Virus record (IMG/VR): IMGVR_UViG_3300045253_000047 | Span: 1 to 55,989 of that record | Source of the DNA: a virus | Taxonomy: Duplodnaviria > Caudoviricetes | Direction: 5' to 3' (one strand) | DNA length: 55,989 nt | In this document: piece by piece, positions 8,216-17,285 of the stretch | Position numbering within the stretch: position 1 is the first letter of the stretch | How the letters are laid out: each line of letters opens with the position of its first letter | Program-made: the position numbers and the translations under genes | The notes under the pieces: generated by a model | What the model saw: the letters and a program-made list of their open reading frames with translations, nothing else | Told to the model about the DNA's origin: nothing | Database searches by the model: none

Positions 8216-9181
8216 ATGGAAAGAGAAGTTAAAATACCACAGACCTTGCAGGAAGCGATTACGCTTTATTCAAACCTTGACAACTGCCTTGATATCCTGG
8301 TTGCTATGCGCTGGGGTGCCGATGACGTGAGTTGCCCGTATTGCGGCGCGACGCCGTGTACCTTCATGGAGAAGGCACAGCGATGGGCCTGTAAGGGTTG
8401 TCGGAAGCAGTTTTCAATCAAAGTCGGAACATACATGGAGGATTCTCCCATGGGTTTGGATAAATGGTTGACAGCTATGTGGTTAATCGGGAACGCGAAG
8501 AACGGAATCTCTTCTTGCGAGATTTCCCGAGCAATCGGGATTACCCAAAAGAGCGCGTGGTTTATGCTTCATCGTATTCGCCTCTCGTTCGGCGAAGGAA
8601 TGCCGTCTGATATGGACGGAACCGTAGAAGCCGACGAAACATACATGGGCGGACTTGAGAAGAATAAGCACAAGAGCAAGCGAACCGAAGGCTCTCAGGG
8701 GCGAAGCGCGAAGAGTAAGGCCGTTGTTATGGGACTACTACAGCGGGGCAATGAAAAGACCGCGAGCCAAGTCAACGCCTCTGTTATTGCAGACGCGGGC
8801 GCGAAGGAACTCAAGGGCCGTATTAACAAGCATGTGAAGCCAGGGGCCGAAGTCTTTACCGATAATTGGGCAGGATACAAGGGTTTGGATAAAACCCATA
8901 TCCACGCGTTTGTAGATCATGCGGTAGAATACGTTAATGGCCGGGTGCATACGAACGGGATGGAAAATTTCTGGTCTTTGCTAAAGCGGATGGTGAAGGG
9001 AACTTACGTGCAGGTTTCGCCGTGGCATCTACAGCGGTATGTCGAAGAAGAGGGGTTCCGCTTTAACGAGCGGAAAGAAGACGATGCGTCCCGGTTCATA
9101 AAGACCATTGGGAGTATTCAGGGTAAGCGGCTTACCTACAAGCAGCTTACCTTCCCCTCGTGGGCGTTCAAAGAGGCTTAA
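8216..9181 (+). CDS. IS1595-family DDE transposase
   Basis: CPYC..CKGC, EADET, FTDNWAGY, HTNGMENFWS, FRFN, GKRLTYKQL. Confidence 0.96.
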   Translation: MEREVKIPQTLQEAITLYSNLDNCLDILVAMRWGADDVSCPYCGATPCTFMEKAQRWACKGCRKQFSIKVGTYMEDSPMGLDKWLTAMWLIGNAKNGISSCEISRAIGITQKSAWFMLHRIRLSFGEGMPSDMDGTVEADETYMGGLEKNKHKSKRTEGSQGRSAKSKAVVMGLLQRGNEKTASQVNASVIADAGAKELKGRINKHVKPGAEVFTDNWAGYKGLDKTHIHAFVDHAVEYVNGRVHTNGMENFWSLLKRMVKGTYVQVSPWHLQRYVEEEGFRFNERKEDDASRFIKTIGSIQGKRLTYKQLTFPSWAFKEA

Positions 9182-9192
9182 AGCCAAAGATC

Positions 9193-9993
9193 ATGAGCGA
9201 CAGACTGACAATTCGAGTGGCGGGGAAGAATGAGCATATTGCTGTTTCATCCTTCCTCGACATTATGCAAAATACATTGGTTGTCTTGGAAGGGATAACT
9301 AAGAGTTTGCGCACGTCTGATACAAACGCGGTTGAATGGCGCATTGTGTCAGCCAGCATGAATAGTCCGTTAGCGGTCACAATAGAAGGGCATGTTGACG
9401 GCAATCCTTCCCCCGTTCCTGAAAACGTTGTACATGCTTGCATGAGAGGCTTTAAGCAGATAGAGGAGTCCGATGAAAGTACACCTCAGTATTTTAATGT
9501 TTCAATGCTTGATGCCGTAAAAAAAATAGGCTACGTGTTATTAAATGATGGGGTAAGAGCTGTCACGTTTGTTCCCGATGATATGAATCCCGTGACCCCT
9601 ACGCCCCAGTTCTATGCTCATGTAATGCAATTGATACCCCAGGGTTACTCCGAAATTGGATCACTTGAAGGCCGTCTTGAAGTCCTATCCATTCACAGGA
9701 AGAATTATTTTGCCGTTTATGATCGGTTTACGGGCAAGCGCGTAGAATGCACATTTGAGAATGCAGACCTGCAAAAAGCCAAAGAAGCTTTTGGGCGTCG
9801 TGTGAATATCTATGGCCGAATTAGATATAACCGAGAATCCCAGCCCGAGTCAGTATCCGTAGAACCGAATGGAATCGAAGTTATTCCAGAACAGCACGAG
9901 TTACCGCAATTTGCAGATTTAGAAGGGCTAGATATCACCGGTGGCGTAGACCCCGCCGAATACGTAAGGAGTTTACGGGATGACGCTAGGTGA
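9193..9993 (+). CDS. cargo protein with probable C-terminal OB-fold; partner of the PIN gene
   Basis: Likely start MSDRL; GSLEGRL...VECTF...AFGRRVNIYGRI. Confidence 0.75.
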   Translation: MSDRLTIRVAGKNEHIAVSSFLDIMQNTLVVLEGITKSLRTSDTNAVEWRIVSASMNSPLAVTIEGHVDGNPSPVPENVVHACMRGFKQIEESDESTPQYFNVSMLDAVKKIGYVLLNDGVRAVTFVPDDMNPVTPTPQFYAHVMQLIPQGYSEIGSLEGRLEVLSIHRKNYFAVYDRFTGKRVECTFENADLQKAKEAFGRRVNIYGRIRYNRESQPESVSVEPNGIEVIPEQHELPQFADLEGLDITGGVDPAEYVRSLRDDAR

Positions 9994-10459
9994 CAAAGTG
10001 TATTGGGACAGTTGTGTATTTATCCATAGGATACAGAAAACAACCGATCATTACGCCATTCTTAAGAGTATTACCGATGATGCAGAAGCTGGACGCATCA
10101 CGATTGTTACCTCTACGCTTACATTGGCCGAAGTGGTCAAATGTGATACAACCTTACAACCAACTGAACAAGAACGCCTTGTATCTGAGTTCTTTAAAAA
10201 CCCATATTTGGATATAAGGCAAGTTGACCGCAAGGTAGCAGAACTCGCAAGGACTATAGTCCGAAATAATCGGCTAAAGCCGCCAGACGCTATTCATATT
10301 GCAACGGCGGCACTTATGAATACCGCTGAGTTCAATACCTATGAGGATAAGATGTTGGGTTGCAATGGGAATATTTCGGTGTTATCGGCCCCCATCATTA
10401 AACCTTGTTGGCGAGATGGTCAAGGGGATATGTTCGCGGCGGCTTCGGTAGGAGTATGA
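9980..10459 (+). CDS. PIN-domain (VapC-like) ribonuclease
   Basis: VYWDSCVFI, TSTLTLAEV, LKPPDAIHIATA, TYED. Confidence 0.9.
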   Translation: MTLGDKVYWDSCVFIHRIQKTTDHYAILKSITDDAEAGRITIVTSTLTLAEVVKCDTTLQPTEQERLVSEFFKNPYLDIRQVDRKVAELARTIVRNNRLKPPDAIHIATAALMNTAEFNTYEDKMLGCNGNISVLSAPIIKPCWRDGQGDMFAAASVGV

Positions 10460-10460
10460 T

Positions 10461-10667
10461 ATGTCAAACGAATCGACACAAAATAATATCGGTCAGCCAG
10501 CCCATCACTCAATGCTAGACATAATCAAGCAAGCATTCACCGTGCCTAAGTCTGAGATCGACAGGCGCGAAGCAGAATGGCGAAAAGCGCAGCATAAGCG
10601 AGGGCGACCGAAGAAGGCGAAGAAAATATCTTTACATAATGGCGGCGCGTTGACGAATAATGAATGA
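10461..10667 (+). CDS. IS1595-associated 'VPK' microprotein
   Basis: IIKQAFTVPKSEIDRR...KRGRPKK. Confidence 0.75.
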   Translation: MSNESTQNNIGQPAHHSMLDIIKQAFTVPKSEIDRREAEWRKAQHKRGRPKKAKKISLHNGGALTNNE

Positions 10668-10962
10668 GCCGATTAAATGGCACCGCTGCCCTCAATGTAA
10701 TGCCGCCTGCCCTGATAATTCGAAGTTTTGCGGAGAATGCGGAATCGCACAAGACGGCTCGGCAGATTATCAGTTACGCCAACTCAAGGCTCACGAAGAT
10801 CGACTAGCGAAAAAGATTGCGGATGAAAATTGGCGAAAACTCACCGACCCGATCCCGTGGAACCCAGCAAGTTTGATAATGCTTTGGACAGGTATAGGCC
10901 TGCTTATTATAATGGTGGTAGGTCTAATCTACATATCGACACATTCAAGCGCGGCCCCGTAA
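10660..10962 (+). CDS. zinc-ribbon + transmembrane protein (paralog of 27302..27589)
   Basis: CPQC..FCGECG, C-terminal TM. Confidence 0.8.
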   Translation: MNEPIKWHRCPQCNAACPDNSKFCGECGIAQDGSADYQLRQLKAHEDRLAKKIADENWRKLTDPIPWNPASLIMLWTGIGLLIIMVVGLIYISTHSSAAP

Positions 10963-11127
10963 TCTTCATTTCTAATTCAAGTTGTTAAGTCAAGTATATA
11001 ATTGCCAGCATGATTAACCGTTCACCGGATTCACCCGCCATGAAGTTGACCCGCTCGAACGCGCAGAAGTCACCTTACCCGCGAAGGTGCTGTTGGCGCT
11101 GCTGGATTTAGCGGAAGGGGGCAAGGC

Positions 11128-11448
11128 GTGAAGTTTAATGTTAATATGAGGCGCGATGACGATTACCGCGTCGAGTTCAACAGTACCGGGAACGGCCTAC
11201 CGTTCGACGAAGCCGCGATGTCCGAGTTCCGCGAGAGTTATTACCCGTTTCACACGCTGGAGCAACACGCGGAACATCTGGCGCAATTTACGGCGAGGTT
11301 CGGCCATGGGTTCATTGAAGGCTATTGCCACGTCATGTACAATGGGGAGAGGTTCCCGCCAGGCGACCCCGAATTGGATTACGACATCAACATTGTCACG
11401 ATCTCAGAGGGCGATTGCGAAACTGAGGCGACGGAGGTTAAGGAGTGA
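11128..11448 (+). CDS. hypothetical protein
   Basis: GTGA-coupled ORF. Confidence 0.65.
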   Translation: MKFNVNMRRDDDYRVEFNSTGNGLPFDEAAMSEFRESYYPFHTLEQHAEHLAQFTARFGHGFIEGYCHVMYNGERFPPGDPELDYDINIVTISEGDCETEATEVKE

Positions 11449-11672
11449 AAATACGCAGTGTAACGCTTAGTGACGAAGATACACCGGAGTCCGTGACTGT
11501 GGAATTAACACTCAAGGAAGCGGCTGTTATTACTAATCTTCTCGGCACGATGAGTCCGGTCGAAGCAGATAAGATAATGAGCGGCAGTGGCCCGATATTG
11601 TCAGAGATTTATGCCTGTTTTACGGGAAGCTTCTTTAACCGGTTCTTTGAGAACGGAGTAGATGACGCCTGA
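11445..11672 (+). CDS. hypothetical protein
   Basis: GTGA-coupled ORF. Confidence 0.6.
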   Translation: MKIRSVTLSDEDTPESVTVELTLKEAAVITNLLGTMSPVEADKIMSGSGPILSEIYACFTGSFFNRFFENGVDDA

Positions 11673-11772
11673 TTAACAGCTCGCCGGGTTGTGCGCCAAA
11701 AACAGTTCCCGCACAAGTTGGAGACTTTCGTAGTGCCACGAAAGTCTCTTCTCACTTGTCAAGTCACGCAAG

Positions 11773-12297
11773 TCAATCCGTCGAGTAACCAAGCGGATAC
11801 AAGTCGGTGCATATGCGTTCGAGGACAGGTGTAATCGCAAGCCGAGAATTAGGCCCGACGCCTCCATGTGACTCAACCGACCACCACGTCCCACGAATAT
11901 TCACGATAAACCAAACATGCCCTATTGTTTCACCCCGCGTCCCTGCCCTGCAAAAACAGGCGTAGACGATTGTGGGGTCGAGGTTCGTGGTGTAGTCACC
12001 GGGGGCGGGTATGGCGTGATGCTTGAATCCTTGTGATTTCAAGTAGTCGTTCTGGTTGCTGCTACCATCAGGAACGGTGAGGTTGCAAACGTGATAAAAA
12101 GCATAGCGCGCAAAACCAGAGCAATCGACATGTCCAGGCGGCGCGAACGTAGGGGGCGATGCACTGAGAGGTACGGCTTTCGCGCCTAGCCCATAGCGGA
12201 CGCCCATCGCTTGCATTAGATGCACGATGGACAGTAGCTTGCCCTTGCTGATTGAGAGGCTGCTATAGCCGGTGATCGGCTTGCCTTGCTGGATCAT
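11773..12297 (-). CDS. endolysin, NlpC/P60 cysteine peptidase
   Basis: DCSGF catalytic Cys, GHVWF His, ESHGG; end of late operon. Confidence 0.85.
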   Translation of the reverse strand: MIQQGKPITGYSSLSISKGKLLSIVHLMQAMGVRYGLGAKAVPLSASPPTFAPPGHVDCSGFARYAFYHVCNLTVPDGSSNQNDYLKSQGFKHHAIPAPGDYTTNLDPTIVYACFCRAGTRGETIGHVWFIVNIRGTWWSVESHGGVGPNSRLAITPVLERICTDLYPLGYSTD

Positions 12298-12524
12298 TCT
12301 TCATACCGCCTTCCGTGTAGCTCAACTTCAACGCGCCGTCGCTGTAAATACACCTTGTCGATCATTCCCCAATAATGCCACCGGGGAAGGTATTTCGGGT
12401 CACGTCGCCGAAACCGGTACTTCGCCGTGAAATGCCTTCGGATACCACGGCTCCTCGCCTTGTCATTCGGTTAGGTTTACTTCTTTCTTTGCTTGCGTGA
12501 GATCGTGGCCCATAGCGTTACTCC

Positions 12525-12779
12525 TTATCCTGCCTTCGGCTCGTCGGCATTGTCGAAGACGACTCCGCTCGCTAATACAGCCGCTTTCACGTCGTCAACG
12601 TGCAGTACTTCGCGAAGGTTCGGGTACGGGTCGGTTCCCGTGACGAGGGCAATTCGACCATTGCAGTAATTGTTCCCTGCTACGGCGTCATACAGGATGC
12701 CCACGACGGGCGTTCCGTTGGTGGGGAACAACATAACCTTGTCACCGACTTTTGCCTCACGGCCATTCTTGTAATGCAA
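12525..12779 (-). CDS. conserved phage protein (MHYKNGREAKVGD type)
   Basis: GGAG RBS, 84 aa. Confidence 0.75.
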   Translation of the reverse strand: MHYKNGREAKVGDKVMLFPTNGTPVVGILYDAVAGNNYCNGRIALVTGTDPYPNLREVLHVDDVKAAVLASGVVFDNADEPKAG

Positions 12780-12791
12780 TTTAGTTTCTCC

Positions 12792-13118
12792 TTATCGTAA
12801 CATCTTTACGCCCCATGGCGTCATACATGATACCCTGTAATCATCGGCAAAGACATTGCCGCGAACGTGTTTTGCAGGGCGGCTGAACGTTGCAACGGCG
12901 TAAATATCGCCGTTGGCCGGGTCTATAAATGCGCCTGCCGCGGCATTGTCGCTTACGATCTTTACCCACTTCGGGCCTACCCTGACGGAAAGTACCGGGA
13001 GCGGGTTTCTTTCGGGCGTGTACCCTTTTCGTTTGAACTCAGCTTGGGTAAGAGCCGAATAACCTTGGCACAAACCGGCCACCCTTCGAAGCAACTCTTC
13101 AAGCGCGTTGTTTTCCAT
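12792..13118 (-). CDS. conserved phage protein, leaderless moron
   Basis: AFID..NGDIY....PAKHVRGN; TATAAT 6 nt before ATG. Confidence 0.75.
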   Translation of the reverse strand: MENNALEELLRRVAGLCQGYSALTQAEFKRKGYTPERNPLPVLSVRVGPKWVKIVSDNAAAGAFIDPANGDIYAVATFSRPAKHVRGNVFADDYRVSCMTPWGVKMLR

Positions 13119-13153
13119 GCCTCAATTATACCCGATTATGGTATACTCGTTCA

Positions 13154-13420
13154 ATGGAACAGATTAAAATAAAGTGTAAACGTTGTCAAGGTTCGGGCGT
13201 TGTCGATTTATCGAACCTCCTCGGTGCAACATTAGGCGACCTTAACGAAAACGCGCAGACGACGGACGACCTTATGGATAAGGCGGCTCGTGACGGGCGC
13301 GATATCAATATGCCAGCTTTGTGCATGAGGCTCAAATTCCTCGAACGGCTAGGATTGGCCCGCAAGGAAAAGACAACTCACCCTACGGGCGGAGCGTGGT
13401 ATCTGTGGTTCCGAGTGTAG
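13154..13420 (+). CDS. Zn-knuckle + winged-helix regulator, divergent from 13118
   Basis: CKRCQGSG; wHTH-like C-terminus; TATACT 6 nt before ATG. Confidence 0.65.
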   Translation: MEQIKIKCKRCQGSGVVDLSNLLGATLGDLNENAQTTDDLMDKAARDGRDINMPALCMRLKFLERLGLARKEKTTHPTGGAWYLWFRV

Positions 13421-13673
13421 GCCCGTCCGTTCCCGTCTGCGCTGCCACCGACTTCGTGTCCGCCGATGACAGCCCGCTCGTTCCAGGGTTGAGTGAGCGG
13501 CAGTAGGAAACGATGGCAAGCCCGACAGTACTCACCTCTGCGGCAGTCGTGGGGGTAATGTGCAGTCCGGGAATGGCGACCAGCTTCGGCCAAACGGCGA
13601 GGAACAGCGTGCCGACACCGATTACGATAGTGCTGATTGCGGTGATCTGTGAGGGTGTGAATGGTTGTTTCAT
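13383..13673 (-). CDS. putative holin
   Basis: Two TM segments upstream of endolysin. Confidence 0.6.
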   Translation of the reverse strand: MKQPFTPSQITAISTIVIGVGTLFLAVWPKLVAIPGLHITPTTAAEVSTVGLAIVSYCRSLNPGTSGLSSADTKSVAAQTGTDGPTLGTTDTTLRP

Positions 13674-13684
13674 GATGGTTTCTC

Positions 13685-14158
13685 CTAGTACGTCTTGACC
13701 TTTACCAGTCCTTGGCAGTCCTCAAGCTCATGCTCAAGCGAACGGATGCGGGCGTCCAGTTTGCGAACGCGGTCATCGGCAGTCATTTCCTTGTGGGTCG
13801 CGAGAGCTTGCTCCGCCGCCTTCAATTCGATTTTCAAATCCTCTATCCGCACATGAGCGCCTTCAATCGTGACCCTGTTCATTTCTATGCGTTCGTCTTT
13901 TTCAGCGAGGCGGATTTCCATCCGGTGCATACTCTCCTCAAGTGTCGCGATGCGCGATTGCAGGTTCTGGATTAAATCGCCGGTCGCCTTGTCGAGGAGT
14001 GTCTCCTTTGCCGTGATTGCGACGATCTCGGCTTCGGTATGCTTTATGCGCCCCTCGGCGGCATCCTTGCGCCTCGATAAGTAGGTAGTCAGCAGTATCG
14101 TAGAGGACGACACGACTACCGCTATACCGCCCGATTCAATGGCTTGGATAGGTAACAT
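13685..14158 (-). CDS. membrane-anchored coiled-coil protein (lysis module)
   Basis: N-terminal TM then heptad repeats. Confidence 0.6.
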   Translation of the reverse strand: MLPIQAIESGGIAVVVSSSTILLTTYLSRRKDAAEGRIKHTEAEIVAITAKETLLDKATGDLIQNLQSRIATLEESMHRMEIRLAEKDERIEMNRVTIEGAHVRIEDLKIELKAAEQALATHKEMTADDRVRKLDARIRSLEHELEDCQGLVKVKTY

Positions 14159-14230
14159 TAGTGGTCTTTCGACTTACAGTAGTGAGCCGCCGTCTTACTT
14201 CCAGCGGCTCGGTTAATTGTACCCTATCGC

Positions 14231-14659
14231 CTAGGCGGGCAATATCTTGAGATAGTATGCGTTCGTGTCTATGACGGTTCCATTCGAACGGGTCACGCGG
14301 AGACGCACGTGGTAATTACCTGCGGGCGGCGTGGTGACACCTGATGTCGCCCAGGTGAATTGGAGAAGCGCGGGGGCCGTGACTTGCACGACCGTAACCG
14401 CGCCATCCGCAACACCGGTGACGGATACGCCGGTATCATAATCCTCGATCATGGCGACGGCGGATAGATACCCGGTAATGTCGATACCGGTCATTACCCA
14501 TTGCAACCCTTCGGCGTTCTCCCCTGCGTACATTATGAGCGGAGCGCCTGGGTTAGACGCGGCGCTCGTGCGCGTGAGCGCGACAAAGGGAGCGGAGCTT
14601 GTACCCGCGCCCCCTAAGTCGTCGCCTAGATTGTCACCCATTCCATCATCAAGAGGCAT
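14231..14659 (-). CDS. BppU-like virion protein
   Basis: IDITGY...AGNYHVRLRVT pattern, tail module. Confidence 0.5.
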   Translation of the reverse strand: MPLDDGMGDNLGDDLGGAGTSSAPFVALTRTSAASNPGAPLIMYAGENAEGLQWVMTGIDITGYLSAVAMIEDYDTGVSVTGVADGAVTVVQVTAPALLQFTWATSGVTTPPAGNYHVRLRVTRSNGTVIDTNAYYLKILPA

Positions 14660-14669
14660 GGCGGACTCC

Positions 14670-16568
14670 TTAAGGGATCGTTGAAGATCGCGACGTTACC
14701 GGAGGCGTTGCCGCCGTGCCAGCGTAGACTGTGTTATTGGTAAAGAGTTGAGTTGCCTCTTGGTTCTTGTAGGCTGTCGAAAGCGTGTGCGTTCCTGTAT
14801 TAAACGAGTTCGCCGCCGTTCCAAGCAGGAACGAGAGCGAATAATCGAAATATTGTGCAACTGTGATTGAGCCGTCCACGACCGTGCCGAGCAACGCAGA
14901 GGCGTTCGCGGCGGCTGTTGGCGGAACAGTATAACCCGAAGCCGCAAGCCGTGAGGAGATAGCCGCGTCAAGATCGGTGCCGACTTTAATACCCGCAGTT
15001 CCCGCGCCATATGCGCCAGGAAGTGAAACGCCCCATGGATCGACATAAGCGCCAGCCGAATTAATCTTGTTGCCGATAGTTGAAGCAGTATTCCACGATG
15101 CCGCTGTCGCACCTAATACGAGCGTGGCAGGGTCTTGACCGCCAGCATACGATCCCACCGTAACATTGCCACTAGCGAGGCGCGAAGAGGTCGCAACGTC
15201 GGCATTGTCGATCTTTGCCGCGCGAGCGGTCGTGTACCCTTGCGCCGTGAGGCCGGTCTGGGTATCGGTAGCTATTGCTGTATGTTCAGATCCAGACAGT
15301 GAATAGCCCGTCTTATCAGATACCGTCGAAGCCGTGTAACCGGTTTTATCATTATTGGTCGTAACGGTCACGCCAGCGGTGACACTTCCTACCGCGCCAG
15401 AGACAGAGGCAACTGATCCAGTCACATTACCTTGCACAGAAGAGGAAACGACCTGATTAGAGGCATTTGTCGCGACCTTCTGAGATGGAGTAACCAAAAT
15501 GCCGGTCGCGGCATCCGTTTGAATAGACGTGTGCTCCCCCGATGTTAGGGAGTAGCCTGTCTTATCCTGAACCGTTGAAACGGTGTAGCCGGTCTTGTCG
15601 GAGACTGTAGACGCGGTGTACCCTGTCTTATCAGACACGGTTCCCGCCGTCACCGCGAGATTGGTGTCCATGGCAGGATGCGGGTTTTCCATTACAGAAT
15701 AGACACTGGTGTTATCTGGGTTGGTTGTCCATGCCCTACTTACTGTTGCTACCAGTGTTCCTCCTACGTATCCCGTTATGACCCGAGATTGGCCTGCCCC
15801 TGTTCCGCTCGTGATCGCAACGTAATTCCCTTTATAGATGTCTGTGGTGGCCGACGCGCCCGCTGCCAGTGTGATTGTTGAAGCGGCCCCTGCTTGGGCA
15901 GTGCCGGAGTTGGCCGTGAGTAGCGAGGAGGGCGCGTTCGTCAAAGTGGTGACGGTGGGGATTACGACTGACGGTTGACTCGGCTGGAGCAGCACTCGGC
16001 CCGAACTGTCTATATTCGTAGTCGCCCAATTCGTTGGAGGTGCGAGGCTGTTAATCGTCGCAACGTTTTGGCCGGTCGTAAGCGGCATCGCCCCACTTGT
16101 AGGATTAAGCTGCCCCGTGCTCGATCCGTACGTAAGCAAGCCGCCCGATGCCGCCGCTGTAGCCGTAGGGAGTGCCGACAGCCCGAGATTGGTAGCCGCC
16201 TGCGGGTCATATGCCACTACTGTGTAAAATACCGGTATGGCCTGATCTGCTGTTCCGGCAGTCGCGTAAACAAGCAGCGGCCCCAGCGTATTGGTATCGG
16301 TCGCGTTCGCGGCGATCTTGTACCAGCCGTTTCCGATCTCCGAAACCGCGCCAGCAGGAGATGCGAACGCGCCCGCGTTTTTACTGATTGTCACCGTTGG
16401 GGAAAGTCCCGTCGCGGGAGATGTGTGGTCAGAGGTCAACACCATCGCGAAGACGAGAGGCACTTCCGTTGACGATTTTAGGATCGCGTCCGCCTGCGCT
16501 CTGGTAATAAGCAAAAACTGCATGATAAGCGACCATGCTATAGCTATTCTAAATGGTGTGCGTTTCAT
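14670..16568 (-). CDS. Thr/Ala-rich tail fibre/virion protein with DKTGY repeats
   Basis: 632 aa; five DKTGY repeats; G(T/S)GAGQ.R.I..Y module. Confidence 0.75.
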   Translation of the reverse strand: MKRTPFRIAIAWSLIMQFLLITRAQADAILKSSTEVPLVFAMVLTSDHTSPATGLSPTVTISKNAGAFASPAGAVSEIGNGWYKIAANATDTNTLGPLLVYATAGTADQAIPVFYTVVAYDPQAATNLGLSALPTATAAASGGLLTYGSSTGQLNPTSGAMPLTTGQNVATINSLAPPTNWATTNIDSSGRVLLQPSQPSVVIPTVTTLTNAPSSLLTANSGTAQAGAASTITLAAGASATTDIYKGNYVAITSGTGAGQSRVITGYVGGTLVATVSRAWTTNPDNTSVYSVMENPHPAMDTNLAVTAGTVSDKTGYTASTVSDKTGYTVSTVQDKTGYSLTSGEHTSIQTDAATGILVTPSQKVATNASNQVVSSSVQGNVTGSVASVSGAVGSVTAGVTVTTNNDKTGYTASTVSDKTGYSLSGSEHTAIATDTQTGLTAQGYTTARAAKIDNADVATSSRLASGNVTVGSYAGGQDPATLVLGATAASWNTASTIGNKINSAGAYVDPWGVSLPGAYGAGTAGIKVGTDLDAAISSRLAASGYTVPPTAAANASALLGTVVDGSITVAQYFDYSLSFLLGTAANSFNTGTHTLSTAYKNQEATQLFTNNTVYAGTAATPPVTSRSSTIP

Positions 16569-17275
16569 TTAATCATCCTTTTCCGGCGAGAAGTCACCGT
16601 TGCTAACGGCTTGATACTGATTGATACAACGTCCGAATTTCCGACGGTATTTAATGTCCACCCTGCGGTAACACTTCCCGGCGTAACTGTGGCCGAATTG
16701 GCGTACTCGCTCGCGATTGCCGTAGCTGTTCCAGCATTCTGCGAGCCTATAGTATAGCCCGTTCCTGCCGTGTACACTGGCGCAATCCCTAATGCGATAT
16801 TATAACTCATTACCAGCGCGTTCGCCGTGATTGTCGTGACGGCACCGGAAGGCGTCGTGGTTGCCGTGTTTACCGTCTGCGCGAGCGCTTCGAAAGGTGT
16901 TGTGGTCGTGCCTGAAAAACTGTCGATACAGGTTCCGCAAGCATTAGTAGAAGCTATCGTAACGGTAATGGTTTGGCTTGTTTGAATGCCTGCGGAGTAT
17001 GCCCACCAGACATCCTCTGTCGTGCCGTTCGTGTATGCGGAGGCCCATGTCAGGCCGCCCCCGGACACAGAAGAGACGGCGACACTTGACGCTCTCACAA
17101 TAAATATGGCGACTGCTTCATTTACCGCATGAGTGGTCAACGTCGTGGTGAAAGTGGTGCCAGAAGTCGTGCGAGCGGTCGCCACGGAAGTATCATGAGC
17201 AATCGCCGCATGAGCTTTCCATGGGATAGCCAACATGAATAGCCATATCAGAATAGGCCAAAGTCGAAGTTTCAT
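16565..17275 (-). CDS. Thr/Ser-rich beta protein with signal-peptide-like N-terminus
   Basis: Likely start MKLRLWP after GAGAGG. Confidence 0.7.
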   Translation of the reverse strand: MKLRLWPILIWLFMLAIPWKAHAAIAHDTSVATARTTSGTTFTTTLTTHAVNEAVAIFIVRASSVAVSSVSGGGLTWASAYTNGTTEDVWWAYSAGIQTSQTITVTIASTNACGTCIDSFSGTTTTPFEALAQTVNTATTTPSGAVTTITANALVMSYNIALGIAPVYTAGTGYTIGSQNAGTATAIASEYANSATVTPGSVTAGWTLNTVGNSDVVSISIKPLATVTSRRKRMIK

Positions 17276-17285
17276 AAGTTTCCTC

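Larger units (their letters stand above)
8168..11006 (+). mobile_element. IS1595-family cargo transposon (element 2, 2839 bp)
   Basis: Perfect 23-bp TIR GGCAATTATATACTTGACTTAAC at 8168-8190 and 10984-11006; no TSD. Confidence 0.92.
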
